Origin: an uncultured Thermoplasmata archaeon
Lineage (GTDB): Archaea; Thermoplasmatota; Thermoplasmata; Halarchaeoplasmatales; Halarchaeoplasmataceae
Assembly (NCBI GenBank): GCA_964394465.1
Contig: CAYMXS010000005.1
Location: forward strand, 5,674-69,673
Length of the DNA stretch: 64,000 nt
Reading direction: 5' to 3'
Under the pieces are notes generated by a model. It made no database searches. It was not told the origin of the DNA and was given only the letters and a program-made list of their open reading frames with translations. The translations under genes and the position numbers were made by a program. Shown here in pieces: positions 1 to 9,156 of this stretch; position 1 is the stretch's first letter; each line of letters starts with the position of its first letter.

Positions 1-112
1 CGTAGACAGTCATATCCTCCGTTAAGGGTACAGGTATTATATAGGTTCGTATCAAATTTTGTAAGCCCGAAAAGGGAAATCCTTATTATGCTCCATCAAC
101 GGTGTTGTTACG

Positions 113-595
113 ATGAAGGACAAGTACGTGTTGGACACCTCGGCCATACTATCCGGGAAAGACATCCCTCTCAATGAAGTCCTGTACATACCTCCGGGGG
201 TCATGGATGAGATACAGGAAGGTGGAAGATGGCACCGAAAGTTACAGATGATGAGGTCCGCCGGCCTGGAGGTAGTCAGTCCGAACGCCCCTTTCTTGGA
301 GAAGGTGAACAAGCGAGCCAGTAAGACGGGAGACGAGATAAGACTCTCGGATACAGACAAAGAAGTGGTCGCCTTGGCCCTTCAAATGGAAGCAAACATA
401 TTGACGGACGATTACTCCATCCAGAACATCGCAAAGTCACTAGGTATAGAATTTCACGGCATAGCCCAAGACGAGATCGACGAGGAATACGAATGGGAAT
501 ACAGGTGCGTGAAGTGCAGGAGATGGCATAAAGAGCCCCATGATGAATGCCCTGTCTGCGGTGGAGAGGTAAGGAGTGCCCGATTGGTCGGATAG
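113..595 (+). CDS. nob1: Nob1-like endoribonuclease (PIN domain plus C-terminal zinc ribbon)
   Basis: 160-aa ORF from ATG 113. N-terminal PIN-like segment (YVLDTSAILSG ... ILTDDYS) and a C-terminal CxxC...CxxC ribbon (CVKCRRW...CPVCGG). This is the archaeal Nob1 architecture. Confidence 0.7.
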   Translation: MKDKYVLDTSAILSGKDIPLNEVLYIPPGVMDEIQEGGRWHRKLQMMRSAGLEVVSPNAPFLEKVNKRASKTGDEIRLSDTDKEVVALALQMEANILTDDYSIQNIAKSLGIEFHGIAQDEIDEEYEWEYRCVKCRRWHKEPHDECPVCGGEVRSARLVG

Positions 596-643
596 ATTTG
601 AATCGAAGTAGCAATCTTCAAGGCTAATATTTATTTAGGCGGT

Positions 644-1621
644 ATGTTCTATACCACAACGTTCCATTGTTATCATCCAAAGTCAAAAAGTCAAAATGGT
701 GGTGGAAAAATTTCACCTGATTCCAGTGCGAAGATCCAGAGATATAAGATTCTAGTCGTAGACGATGAAGAGGACGTTTTAGAGTTACTAAAGATGACTC
801 TAGAGAGCGCAGATCAATTCGACTGCAGGGTTTTTACTGGAAAAGACGGCTTTACGGGCCTAGAAACGATCAAAGAAGTGGATATAGACCTGGTGATCTC
901 CGACTACAGGATGGAGGATATGGACGGTGTCGAGTTCCTCAAGAAGGTAAAAGAGGACTATCCCGACATAATCCGGATGATGATAACTGGGTATTCTGAA
1001 CTCGACCTGGCGAAGAAGGCGATAAACGAAGCACAGGTATATAACTACATAGAGAAACCCTGGGATAACGAGGATATAAGACTCGCTGTATTCGAAGCGT
1101 TAAAAGAGAGGGAAGAAGAAAGGGAGGAAGAAAAGGAGCCAAGAGAGATAAGTTTCGTAGACGGGAACTCCTACATCCTGGAGGGAGAAAGACCGGTAGA
1201 AACGTTCGAGTACTCCCTGGAAAGGATGAAGAAAGCGGGAGAAGGTCTAATCATATCAAGGAAGCATCCGGACAAGATAAAAGAACGATTTGGAACAAAT
1301 GAAGAAGATCTAGACATAGAGTACTTCTGGCTTACCCGAACATCCGGACAAAACAACATGGATCCAGCAGCACTCGAGTTGATAGCCGACCGCGTGATAA
1401 GGTACTTTGAAGGCGGGGGTAAGACAGTACTGGTCGAGGGGGTCGGCGCACTCCTCAGGGACAATTCATTCAAACGTTTTGTCGGCTTTGTTGACAATAT
1501 TGTGGACGTGGCGAGCGTAGAAAACGGCTGCTTCATGATAGCCTTGGATCCGAGGATAATAGACGATAAAGAATTGGCCTACATCGAGGAGAAGATGGGG
1601 ATCGTAGATTTCCGTGAATAG
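644..1621 (+). CDS. Response regulator: CheY-like receiver fused to a DUF835-type domain
   Basis: Receiver motifs KILVVDDEED and VISDYRMEDMDG, with a later KPW. An acidic linker is followed by about 170 aa carrying ISRKHPDKI...YFWLT and a VLVEGVGALL strand, which is DUF835-like. Confidence 0.8.
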   Translation: MFYTTTFHCYHPKSKSQNGGGKISPDSSAKIQRYKILVVDDEEDVLELLKMTLESADQFDCRVFTGKDGFTGLETIKEVDIDLVISDYRMEDMDGVEFLKKVKEDYPDIIRMMITGYSELDLAKKAINEAQVYNYIEKPWDNEDIRLAVFEALKEREEEREEEKEPREISFVDGNSYILEGERPVETFEYSLERMKKAGEGLIISRKHPDKIKERFGTNEEDLDIEYFWLTRTSGQNNMDPAALELIADRVIRYFEGGGKTVLVEGVGALLRDNSFKRFVGFVDNIVDVASVENGCFMIALDPRIIDDKELAYIEEKMGIVDFRE

Positions 1622-1664
1622 TAAGGCAAAAGTGTAATAAAACAGTATATTTTTCTTCGAAGGG

Positions 1665-2219
1665 ATGTTGGCTGTAGTAGATGCGATAGTGGTCGCTCTG
1701 TTGGCGTTCGTACCTGCCATGATAGCCAACTCTTTAGCGGTCGTCTTTGGAGGTGGTTATCCCATAGACGCTGGAAAAGAGTGGGGTGAGAACAGGCTTC
1801 TAGGGGATGGTAAAACCTGGTATGGTTTATTTGGAGGAACTTTTTCCGCCGCCTTGGTCGGTGCGGTCATCTTCTTCATTTCTAGACCTTTCTACTCTAT
1901 CTATCCTTATGGCTATCGAACGGTAACGATACCTCTAGCGCTTTCCTTCGGCGCACTCTTAGGAGATATAATAGCCAGTTTCATAAAAAGACGGAGTGGA
2001 AAGGAACGAGGAGCGAAAACGCCATTCATCGATCAGTATGATTTCATCTTGGGTGGCTTTTTTCTCGTCTACATATTCGCTCCAGAGTGGACTTATTCTA
2101 CCTATCTCCATGGTAAGGGTTTGATAGGCACGTTGGTCATACTCATAGCTACGCCTCTGCTGCACAGGGGCGTTAATATAATAGGATACAAGCTGGGTCT
2201 AAAAGACGAACCTTGGTAA
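1665..2219 (+). CDS. carS: CDP-archaeol synthase (DUF46/CarS family)
   Basis: 184-aa polytopic membrane ORF with LGDGKTWYG and LGDIIASFIKRR motifs typical of CarS. Confidence 0.8.
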   Translation: MLAVVDAIVVALLAFVPAMIANSLAVVFGGGYPIDAGKEWGENRLLGDGKTWYGLFGGTFSAALVGAVIFFISRPFYSIYPYGYRTVTIPLALSFGALLGDIIASFIKRRSGKERGAKTPFIDQYDFILGGFFLVYIFAPEWTYSTYLHGKGLIGTLVILIATPLLHRGVNIIGYKLGLKDEPW

Positions 2220-2241
2220 AGATTTGTGATAGTGTGATAAG

Positions 2242-2775
2242 ATGAATGGAAAGGATAAAAAGGAAAAGATCTTGCGGATGTTGGAGTCCTGCGGCGCGGT
2301 AAAATACGGAGAGTTCACGCTCACTTCTGGCAAGAAGAGCAGTTATTACGTGGATATAAAGCATGCCAGTACGAAGCCAAAGATACTGAGGAAGATCGCA
2401 AAAGAGATGAGAAAACACGTCGAGGGAGAGAGGATAGCAGGCATGGAGCTAGGTGCGGTTCCACTGGCTACTGCTGTCTCTCTTGAGACAGATCTGCCCT
2501 TCACCATGGTGAGGAAAAAGGAGAAGGGCCACGGGACCAGCAGCAGGATAGAAGGTGAACTAAAAGAAAACGATCTTGTAACGGTAGTTGAGGACGTAAC
2601 GACCACTGGTGGGTCAGCCGTTGAGACCGTAAAAGTCCTGAGAGAGATGGGTGCAAGAGTGAACAAAGTCATCGTCGTTGTAGATAGGCAGGAAGGAGCT
2701 GAAGAGGCTTTGAAGGGCATCGATGTGGAACTGAGCCCTATACTTTCTGCAGACGAATTGGTGGAGGAAAAGTGA
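2242..2775 (+). CDS. pyrE: Orotate phosphoribosyltransferase
   Basis: YGEFTLTSGKKSSYYVD N-terminal motif and PRPP-binding loop VVEDVTTTGGS. 177 aa. Confidence 0.9.
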   Translation: MNGKDKKEKILRMLESCGAVKYGEFTLTSGKKSSYYVDIKHASTKPKILRKIAKEMRKHVEGERIAGMELGAVPLATAVSLETDLPFTMVRKKEKGHGTSSRIEGELKENDLVTVVEDVTTTGGSAVETVKVLREMGARVNKVIVVVDRQEGAEEALKGIDVELSPILSADELVEEK

Positions 2776-2780
2776 ACGAT

Positions 2781-3536
2781 TCAGGGAAACTCCTTCATCT
2801 TGAAAAGTACAGAACCAAACACGATCAAAGTTAAAGTCAAACCAGCTAGAACAACGGTGGAATCGCCTATCTTAGTGGCGTCGTAGTTCGAGATGCCTCC
2901 ATACTTTATCCACTTTGAGCCCATACTCCTGATGTAATGCTTGATCGCTACTGTACGGATCCTTCCGGGTAAAGAGCCGACGAAGCCTTCCCAGATGAAA
3001 GCGAAGAACAGACCGAAGTAGATCGGTCTTTCCAATATTATACTTACCATCAGGAACAAAGAGGAATAGACCACAGAACCGATCACGACCAGGCTGGAGA
3101 CCTTCAGGTAGATCCCGACTGCGGTGCTGTCTACTCCCTGGGGTATGTAGAAAGATAGGAACCCAACAGTGGTGATCAGAACCATGATTATAGATACACT
3201 GAGTACCAAAGAGATATAGTAACCCAGGTAAGCCGTCACTCTATCGATCGGGGATGTCAAAAGATGAGTGATGCTTTTGTCATTAATACCGTCCCTGATC
3301 AGCGAAGAGCCGTATATCATGCTGACCACTGGCATGAAGAAGAAAAGTATCAAACTATCCATCAGGTCGGTTCCACCGTCCAACCTTTCCACGTCCTGGG
3401 TTGCGGCGTATCCCATCACAGCCCCGATGAAGAGCATGATCAGCAGGGCAAGTACAGCCTTCCTGCTGAGTAGGATCTTCCTGGTGGAGAATTTCGTGAT
3501 GGTTACCAACCCGTGGAACTCTCTTCCCATATTCAT
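2781..3536 (-). CDS. ABC-2 type transporter permease
   Basis: 251-aa ORF with about 6 hydrophobic segments. Its start ATG overlaps the stop of the upstream ATPase (ATGA at 3533-3536). Confidence 0.65.
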   Translation of the reverse strand: MNMGREFHGLVTITKFSTRKILLSRKAVLALLIMLFIGAVMGYAATQDVERLDGGTDLMDSLILFFFMPVVSMIYGSSLIRDGINDKSITHLLTSPIDRVTAYLGYYISLVLSVSIIMVLITTVGFLSFYIPQGVDSTAVGIYLKVSSLVVIGSVVYSSLFLMVSIILERPIYFGLFFAFIWEGFVGSLPGRIRTVAIKHYIRSMGSKWIKYGGISNYDATKIGDSTVVLAGLTLTLIVFGSVLFKMKEFP

Positions 3537-4450
3537 CCCATCACCAAGTATTTGAATACCGCTTCAAGACCTTCGTCTTGGCTGTACAGCTGTTCGATCT
3601 CCGCATCCAGTCCGGTCAAGATAGAAGGCAAAGAATCAAAGAACTGGTCCGGTTGGGAGACCTCTATCTTCAGCTGATTTCTATCCTGCTCAAAACCCAC
3701 CGAGACCGTATAGTCCTTCTCTATCAGTTCCTTGGCCAGCTCTACCAGGTGAGTGCCCTGTATGATGATGTTATGAGGATGCTCGTCTATGAGGTCCCTG
3801 ATCTCCGATATGTCGCCTGAGGCAACGGCTCTACCTTTGTAGATGAGCGCTATATTTCTGGTCATACGCTCTATTTCAAAGAGTACGTGTGAGCTCACTA
3901 TGACGTCATGGCCTTCTTTTACGTTCAATCTCTTAATCAGATCTATGAGTGACTTTCGTGAAGCGGGGTCTGCACCGCTAAGGGGCTCATCCAATAACAA
4001 CAGGTCGGGATCGTGTAGGATCGTTCCAGCCAGCTTTATCCTCTGTCTCATGCCCTTGCTGTAGCCACCTATCTTTCTATCCACAGCGTGTTCCATGCCC
4101 ACCAATGAGACCACTTCGGATATCCGACTCTTTAAGGGTGACCCTTTCATACCGTGGAGTCCTCCGATGTATTCTAGAAATTCTTTTCCGGTGTAATCGT
4201 CGGCTAGACTATCGTAGTCGGGACAGAAGCCTATCCTGGAAAGGAGTTCGTCGTTCGACCACGGGTCTTCACCCATGACCCAGAGTTTACCCTGGCTCGG
4301 CTTTATCATGCCCATTGCTATCTTGAATAGTGTCGATTTTCCAGCCCCGTTGGGTCCAACCACACCAGTGATACCTTCAGGTACAGTAAGGTTGAAGGAG
4401 TTGAGTCCGATGACCTCGCCATACCATTTTGACAGGTTTCGAGCCTTCAG
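3533..4450 (-). CDS. ABC transporter ATP-binding protein (start codon unresolved, probably CTG at 4450)
   Basis: Walker A GPNGAGKST, signature YSKGMRQR, Walker B LLLDEP. The GTG at 4363 used by the ORF track lies inside the Walker A strand. The frame is open upstream to 4561 and encodes LKARNLSKWYGEVIGLNSFNLTVPEGITG, but contains no ATG/GTG/TTG. Confidence 0.85.
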   Translation of the reverse strand: MKARNLSKWYGEVIGLNSFNLTVPEGITGVVGPNGAGKSTLFKIAMGMIKPSQGKLWVMGEDPWSNDELLSRIGFCPDYDSLADDYTGKEFLEYIGGLHGMKGSPLKSRISEVVSLVGMEHAVDRKIGGYSKGMRQRIKLAGTILHDPDLLLLDEPLSGADPASRKSLIDLIKRLNVKEGHDVIVSSHVLFEIERMTRNIALIYKGRAVASGDISEIRDLIDEHPHNIIIQGTHLVELAKELIEKDYTVSVGFEQDRNQLKIEVSQPDQFFDSLPSILTGLDAEIEQLYSQDEGLEAVFKYLVMG

Positions 4451-5322
4451 AACGGGAGGAGCCGTTTTCCCACCTCCTTCGTATATATCCTTAAGTAAAG
4501 AACGAGAAGAGGCATGGTCACCATGGAGAGAAGGACGGCCCAGAACACGCTGGAGTTTATATCAGATGGGAGGTCGAAACCGAATATCAAATCGAATGAA
4601 TAATGCAGTATATTTATAGGACTGATGAGTCTCCAGTTGGGGTTAAAAGAAGAGAATATCCCTCCGACTATCGAAAGCACGACGAAGGACATGAAGGTGG
4701 AAACGCCGGCGTAGGCCTTTTTTTCAGTAAAAGAGGATATCATCACGCCGTAAGAGAGATAGAGTTCGGAAGCGAGTATCCCGGCCACAAGGAGCCTACC
4801 GAGGACCTTAAAACTCGATATGAAATCCGAGCCGGTCTGGGTAGCTATTATGGAGAGCGAGACAATCACCGGGCCCAATAAACAGAATATGCTCATGACA
4901 AGAAAGGTCCCGCCCAGCTTTCCTAGAAGGTAATCTATGGGTCTTATGGGTCTTGAGAAGTAAAGTATGAACGAATTGTCGTTCAGATCCTCCGAGATCG
5001 TATCGGATGAAACGACCGCCGCCAGTAGGATAGTAAACGTTGCGAAGAAACCGCCGGTCAGATAGTTGCCGAAGAGGCCCTGCCTTACCAGCATCTCTCC
5101 CGTCAGTTCTTCATGGGGTGAGAGTGAGAGAAAGATAGCAGGGAACACGTGGGTTAAAATCATGCCTATTATCAGAAGGGCCAGAACACCCTTGGACCTT
5201 ATCTTTTGGCCGATGATCTTCTTGATGATCACCAATATGCGCTGGTAGCGTCCAGTCCTTTTGCCCTTCCATGGGCTGTATTCTATAGGGCTAACTCCCA
5301 TCCAGTTCCCCTCCCTTCTCAT
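4447..5322 (-). CDS. ABC-2 type transporter permease
   Basis: 291-aa ORF with multiple TM segments, sandwiched between two ABC ATPase genes with overlapping junctions. Confidence 0.65.
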   Translation of the reverse strand: MRREGNWMGVSPIEYSPWKGKRTGRYQRILVIIKKIIGQKIRSKGVLALLIIGMILTHVFPAIFLSLSPHEELTGEMLVRQGLFGNYLTGGFFATFTILLAAVVSSDTISEDLNDNSFILYFSRPIRPIDYLLGKLGGTFLVMSIFCLLGPVIVSLSIIATQTGSDFISSFKVLGRLLVAGILASELYLSYGVMISSFTEKKAYAGVSTFMSFVVLSIVGGIFSSFNPNWRLISPINILHYSFDLIFGFDLPSDINSSVFWAVLLSMVTMPLLVLYLRIYTKEVGKRLLPF

Positions 5323-6271
5323 TTCCTTTTTCCTTCTCCTCGAAGGCCCTCAAGAAGACCTCTTCCAAGGATAGTATATCTCTTTTATACGAGCGTATCT
5401 GTACGTCCAGATCGGACGCGAATCCGAATATATCCCTACTGTTTTTTACGTTCTCTAGAACCAGGGTCTCCTGTCCCGCTTCCTTCCGAGAGTGAGCTAT
5501 GTTCATACCCTTCTGGGTTATCGAGTTTTTGAACCTCTCGATATGTCCTTTCTCTCCTCTCACCTTCAACTCGTACTGGTTCTCATCACCTTTCAATATA
5601 TCTTCGAGTGACCCCGCTTTCAAAAGCGAGCCCTCGTTTATTATCAGGACGTACTGGGCGACCTGCTCCACCTCTTTGAGGAGATGGGACGAGATGAGCA
5701 GCGTTTTTCCAGATTCACCTATCTTCCTTATGAGTGAAAGCATCTCCTCCCTGCCTTCAGGGTCCATCCCGTTGGTCGGCTCGTCCAAGAACATTATGTT
5801 AGGGTCGTGAACGATACACTGAGCCAGTTTTACTCTCTGTTTCATGCCCGTGGAGTAGGACGATATCTCCCTGTATCTTTCCTCATCGAGTCCAACAAAG
5901 TCCAGTACCTCGTGGGCTCTCCGTATGGCATCTCTTGATCTCATGCCAGATATCTTGCCCAGGTAGGAAACGAGGTCAACGGCGTCCATAGAACCAGGCA
6001 GGCACTCGCTTTCCGGCATATATCCTATATTGTCCCTCAATCTGGACAGGTCTCTATCAGGTGATAAACCGTCTATCTCGATACTGCCTCTGTCGGGCTC
6101 GAGTAGACCAAGGGCCACCTTGATGAATGTGGTCTTACCGGCCCCGTTGGGACCCAGCAAACCAACTACGTTCTGAGGAATCCCAGCGGAGAAGGAATTC
6201 AAAGCCAGGACGTCACCGAACCTGACGACCAGGTCCTTTGATCGTATTTTCAACTTTGAAACCGAGCTCAT
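5291..6271 (-). CDS. ABC transporter ATP-binding protein
   Basis: Walker A GPNGAGKTT, signature YSTGMKQR, Walker B MFLDEP, followed by a C-terminal extra domain. Confidence 0.9.
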   Translation of the reverse strand: MSSVSKLKIRSKDLVVRFGDVLALNSFSAGIPQNVVGLLGPNGAGKTTFIKVALGLLEPDRGSIEIDGLSPDRDLSRLRDNIGYMPESECLPGSMDAVDLVSYLGKISGMRSRDAIRRAHEVLDFVGLDEERYREISSYSTGMKQRVKLAQCIVHDPNIMFLDEPTNGMDPEGREEMLSLIRKIGESGKTLLISSHLLKEVEQVAQYVLIINEGSLLKAGSLEDILKGDENQYELKVRGEKGHIERFKNSITQKGMNIAHSRKEAGQETLVLENVKNSRDIFGFASDLDVQIRSYKRDILSLEEVFLRAFEEKEKGNEKGGELDGS

Positions 6272-6542
6272 CTTTCTATCACGGGCTTAATTTACAGATT
6301 AGTTATTTATTCTTTTTTCTCGATCATATAATCAATTTACTAATATACTAAGCTCACTATGGTTTTTATATGCTATCCCTATATTCCGATTCCATCTGTG
6401 TCAGGGAAGAGTTCCTCGCTGAATTCGTCGTCCGTCCTTCTTTTGATATAATCTTGCTCTTTAACCATGTGTTTTCCCAAAAGAATGTTCACACGATCAT
6501 CTTACCATGGAGAAGCACGAGGAAGTCCTTTCTAGGTTTGTA

Positions 6543-7352
6543 TCATCGTTTCTTCGATCCTTCATTGGAGTTCCCGGATACTACTGATCTAACTATGAGA
6601 TAAGATAAGACTATAACCGTTACAATCACCCCGATCAAAACAATTGAAAAACCACTTGAATCAGATCTATCTTCTCTAAAAACTTTGATACCTTTAAATT
6701 CTCCATCTAATGAGTACTTGACGATACATATATGAGAATCTTCTAAATCGAGAGATGTGGCATTTTTTCTTGGATAGTATTTTTCATCTATATCGACATG
6801 CCAATTTTTTCCACCTCTTGTCATATCCAAATTAGCCGTGGTAACACCAGCCTCTTTCTCAACATCAAAATTCCAATTTTTTTCTTTATTATCCTTCAAG
6901 AAGATATCAACTATTTCTACAGGACTCTTATAGTCATTTTCATAAAAGTCCTTAAGAGTTATTTTTTCTGTTAAATTTTTCCAAATATCTTCCCCTGAGC
7001 TAGGTCTCCCATAAGTAAGTGTTTGCGAGGTTCCTGATCCATTTTCAATAGTAATAAAGACATGTAAGATGGTTTTATTTGAGGGACATATCGCGGAGAT
7101 ATCAATTGTATGATTTGTTTGTTGAAAATCATCTATTTTCATCGACATCTTATGTATCAATGCAGGTTCAATGTCTGGGTTTTCCATTAGGATTTCATTC
7201 AGAAAATGTTCTTTAGATTCTGACTGAGCTGTTAAATCATCACCTAACCCAACATTCAATATATTTATAAGTAAAATAAATAATAAGAGGGTGGGGAATA
7301 TTTTTTTGCAGTACGTACTCATGTGCATTCTATCCCTATCTCGTAATCTCAT
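6543..7352 (-). CDS. Hypothetical surface protein (N-terminal signal/TM, C-terminal TM anchor) in an AT-rich segment
   Basis: 269-aa ORF. Hydrophobic N-terminus (IFPTLLLFILLINILNV) and C-terminal anchor (GFSIVLIGVIVTVIVLSYLIV) followed by a basic tail. Local GC is about 33% against about 50% in the flanks. I recognise no motif. Confidence 0.5.
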   Translation of the reverse strand: MRLRDRDRMHMSTYCKKIFPTLLLFILLINILNVGLGDDLTAQSESKEHFLNEILMENPDIEPALIHKMSMKIDDFQQTNHTIDISAICPSNKTILHVFITIENGSGTSQTLTYGRPSSGEDIWKNLTEKITLKDFYENDYKSPVEIVDIFLKDNKEKNWNFDVEKEAGVTTANLDMTRGGKNWHVDIDEKYYPRKNATSLDLEDSHICIVKYSLDGEFKGIKVFREDRSDSSGFSIVLIGVIVTVIVLSYLIVRSVVSGNSNEGSKKR

Positions 7353-8989
7353 TTTTTTTCCATCTTTTTATCGAATATTTCTTTCAGATATTTCATGGGC
7401 ACGCTTCCAGCGTACAGTATGGTATCGTGGAAGAATTTTTCAGTGAAATCGTTTCCCATCCTATCCTTCACATCTTCCTTAAGCTCTTTTATCATGTGCT
7501 TGCCTAAAAGGTAACTCAACTGATATGTGGGATTCTGCGTGTACCTTTTTACCTCCGCTTCGGCCTTGTGACGTGCCATGTCTAGTTCTTCAACCATGTA
7601 GTCTATGGCCTCATCGAATGACATCTGCCCGGTACTCAGTTTCACGTCCACGATTATCCTAACGGCCCTAAAGAGCATATCTTTAGCCTGCAGCAGTCTT
7701 GCCTCAGGAGTGTCGTCGAATCCCTCATCCTTCATCATCTCCTCACAGTAGTGGGCCCATCCCTCCGTTGTTTCGACCGCATGTGAGAAGAGCCTGAACA
7801 CGTCGTCGTTGGTCATGGCCGCGGTCAGTTGAAGATGATGGCCGGGATAGCCCTCGTGTACCGTTGTATTCCTTACGTCCCAGTATGAATAATCCTGCAG
7901 TTTTTCCTCCTCCTGGGGCGGCGTTACTAAGTAGATACCCTGTTTGACTTCATCGAACTTGGCGGGCGGGATATAAGCTGCGAAGGGGATTATATTTCGG
8001 AGATATTCTGGAGTCTCGGTCACCTCTATCTCCTCATTTTCAGGCAGGGTAGCTAGATCTTCCTCTATGACGAACTCTTTGGCATCTTCTAGGCCCTCTT
8101 CATACCAGCTCAGGGCCTCCGCAAAATCCTCGGGGGCCTGTGACTCGACATCTTCTATGACCTTTTTTACATCAGCTCCTGGATCGATCTCCTCTGCGTA
8201 TCTCTGCATGAGTTCCTTCGACTCCTGAGTCAATCGCTCACCCAGTTCTAGGATCTCATCGGCACTATATCCCAGTTCTCTCTTCAGCAGCATCTTTTCA
8301 AATTTTTCTGGGCCGATGGCAAATTCGTGATTGGCCTCTCTTTTCTTTTTCTTCAACCACTCTATATAATCGTCTAAGGCCTCGTCAGCCTCGTCGACGG
8401 CCTGTTTCAGATCGACTATCTTCTCCTCTTCTAGGCCTGCTTCTTTTGAGGTCATCAATACGAGCTTGAACAGCATCGGCATCTGCTCCGCACTCTCTAT
8501 GGCCATGTCTACCCAGATATCCACGGGGTCTTCCAATTTGCCTTTCTCCTCCTCGATCACCCTTGGGATCTCCTTTATCCTTCCTCTGATACTGTCCAAT
8601 CTTTCCGTCAAAGGGGCGAAATCCCTCCTTATCAACGGGTAGATAGAGGAACCGATGGTTTGAGGTACGGAAGGGCTCTTCTTCCAATTCTCTAACTCCT
8701 TCAGCCGGAATAGGAACATGGAGACGATATGGAGGCCCAGCTTTCTTGCCAATCGGTTCTCTTCAGATAGTTCCGATGGCTCTATCTCCTTCAATCTTTC
8801 ATGCCAGTCCTCCATCAATTCGATATTTTCGAGGTACTTATCCTTCGTCATCTCAGGCAGGATATCATCGTACTCATGGATACCGAACCTGGTAGCCATC
8901 TGAGGATTTCTCTCCATCATCTTTTCGAAAATTTCATGTTCCAGTTGGTCAAATCTATCATCAGCATCTTCAGCCATATCATCCACCAC
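7349..8989 (-). CDS. DUF885 family protein (metallopeptidase-like)
   Basis: 546 aa with the VHEGYPGHHLQ motif characteristic of DUF885. ATGA overlap with the downstream gene at 7349-7352. Confidence 0.75.
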   Translation of the reverse strand: MVDDMAEDADDRFDQLEHEIFEKMMERNPQMATRFGIHEYDDILPEMTKDKYLENIELMEDWHERLKEIEPSELSEENRLARKLGLHIVSMFLFRLKELENWKKSPSVPQTIGSSIYPLIRRDFAPLTERLDSIRGRIKEIPRVIEEEKGKLEDPVDIWVDMAIESAEQMPMLFKLVLMTSKEAGLEEEKIVDLKQAVDEADEALDDYIEWLKKKKREANHEFAIGPEKFEKMLLKRELGYSADEILELGERLTQESKELMQRYAEEIDPGADVKKVIEDVESQAPEDFAEALSWYEEGLEDAKEFVIEEDLATLPENEEIEVTETPEYLRNIIPFAAYIPPAKFDEVKQGIYLVTPPQEEEKLQDYSYWDVRNTTVHEGYPGHHLQLTAAMTNDDVFRLFSHAVETTEGWAHYCEEMMKDEGFDDTPEARLLQAKDMLFRAVRIIVDVKLSTGQMSFDEAIDYMVEELDMARHKAEAEVKRYTQNPTYQLSYLLGKHMIKELKEDVKDRMGNDFTEKFFHDTILYAGSVPMKYLKEIFDKKMEKK

Positions 8990-9156
8990 TTATATTATTA
9001 TCTTCATTATTTAATTAATGACGTGCAGAAGAATATTGAACGCTGTTAGATATATTTATTGGTCTTCTGTGGAACGTAAGGTGTTATAAGATCATCACAG
9101 ATATGAAAATAGAGTAAATAAAGGGTTTTAGAAGGTCTTTAGAGCGGATCTGTCCT

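Noticed and set aside
1-13. Possible start of a minus-strand gene at the left window edge (ATG at 13-11 preceded by GGAGGA at 20-15)
   Set aside because: Only four codons lie inside the window, so nothing can be said about the product.
6370-6603. 77-aa plus-strand ORF in the AT-rich spacer
   Set aside because: It has no SD or TATA context, overlaps the 3' end of the minus-strand surface-protein gene, and has a composition typical of random AT-rich sequence.
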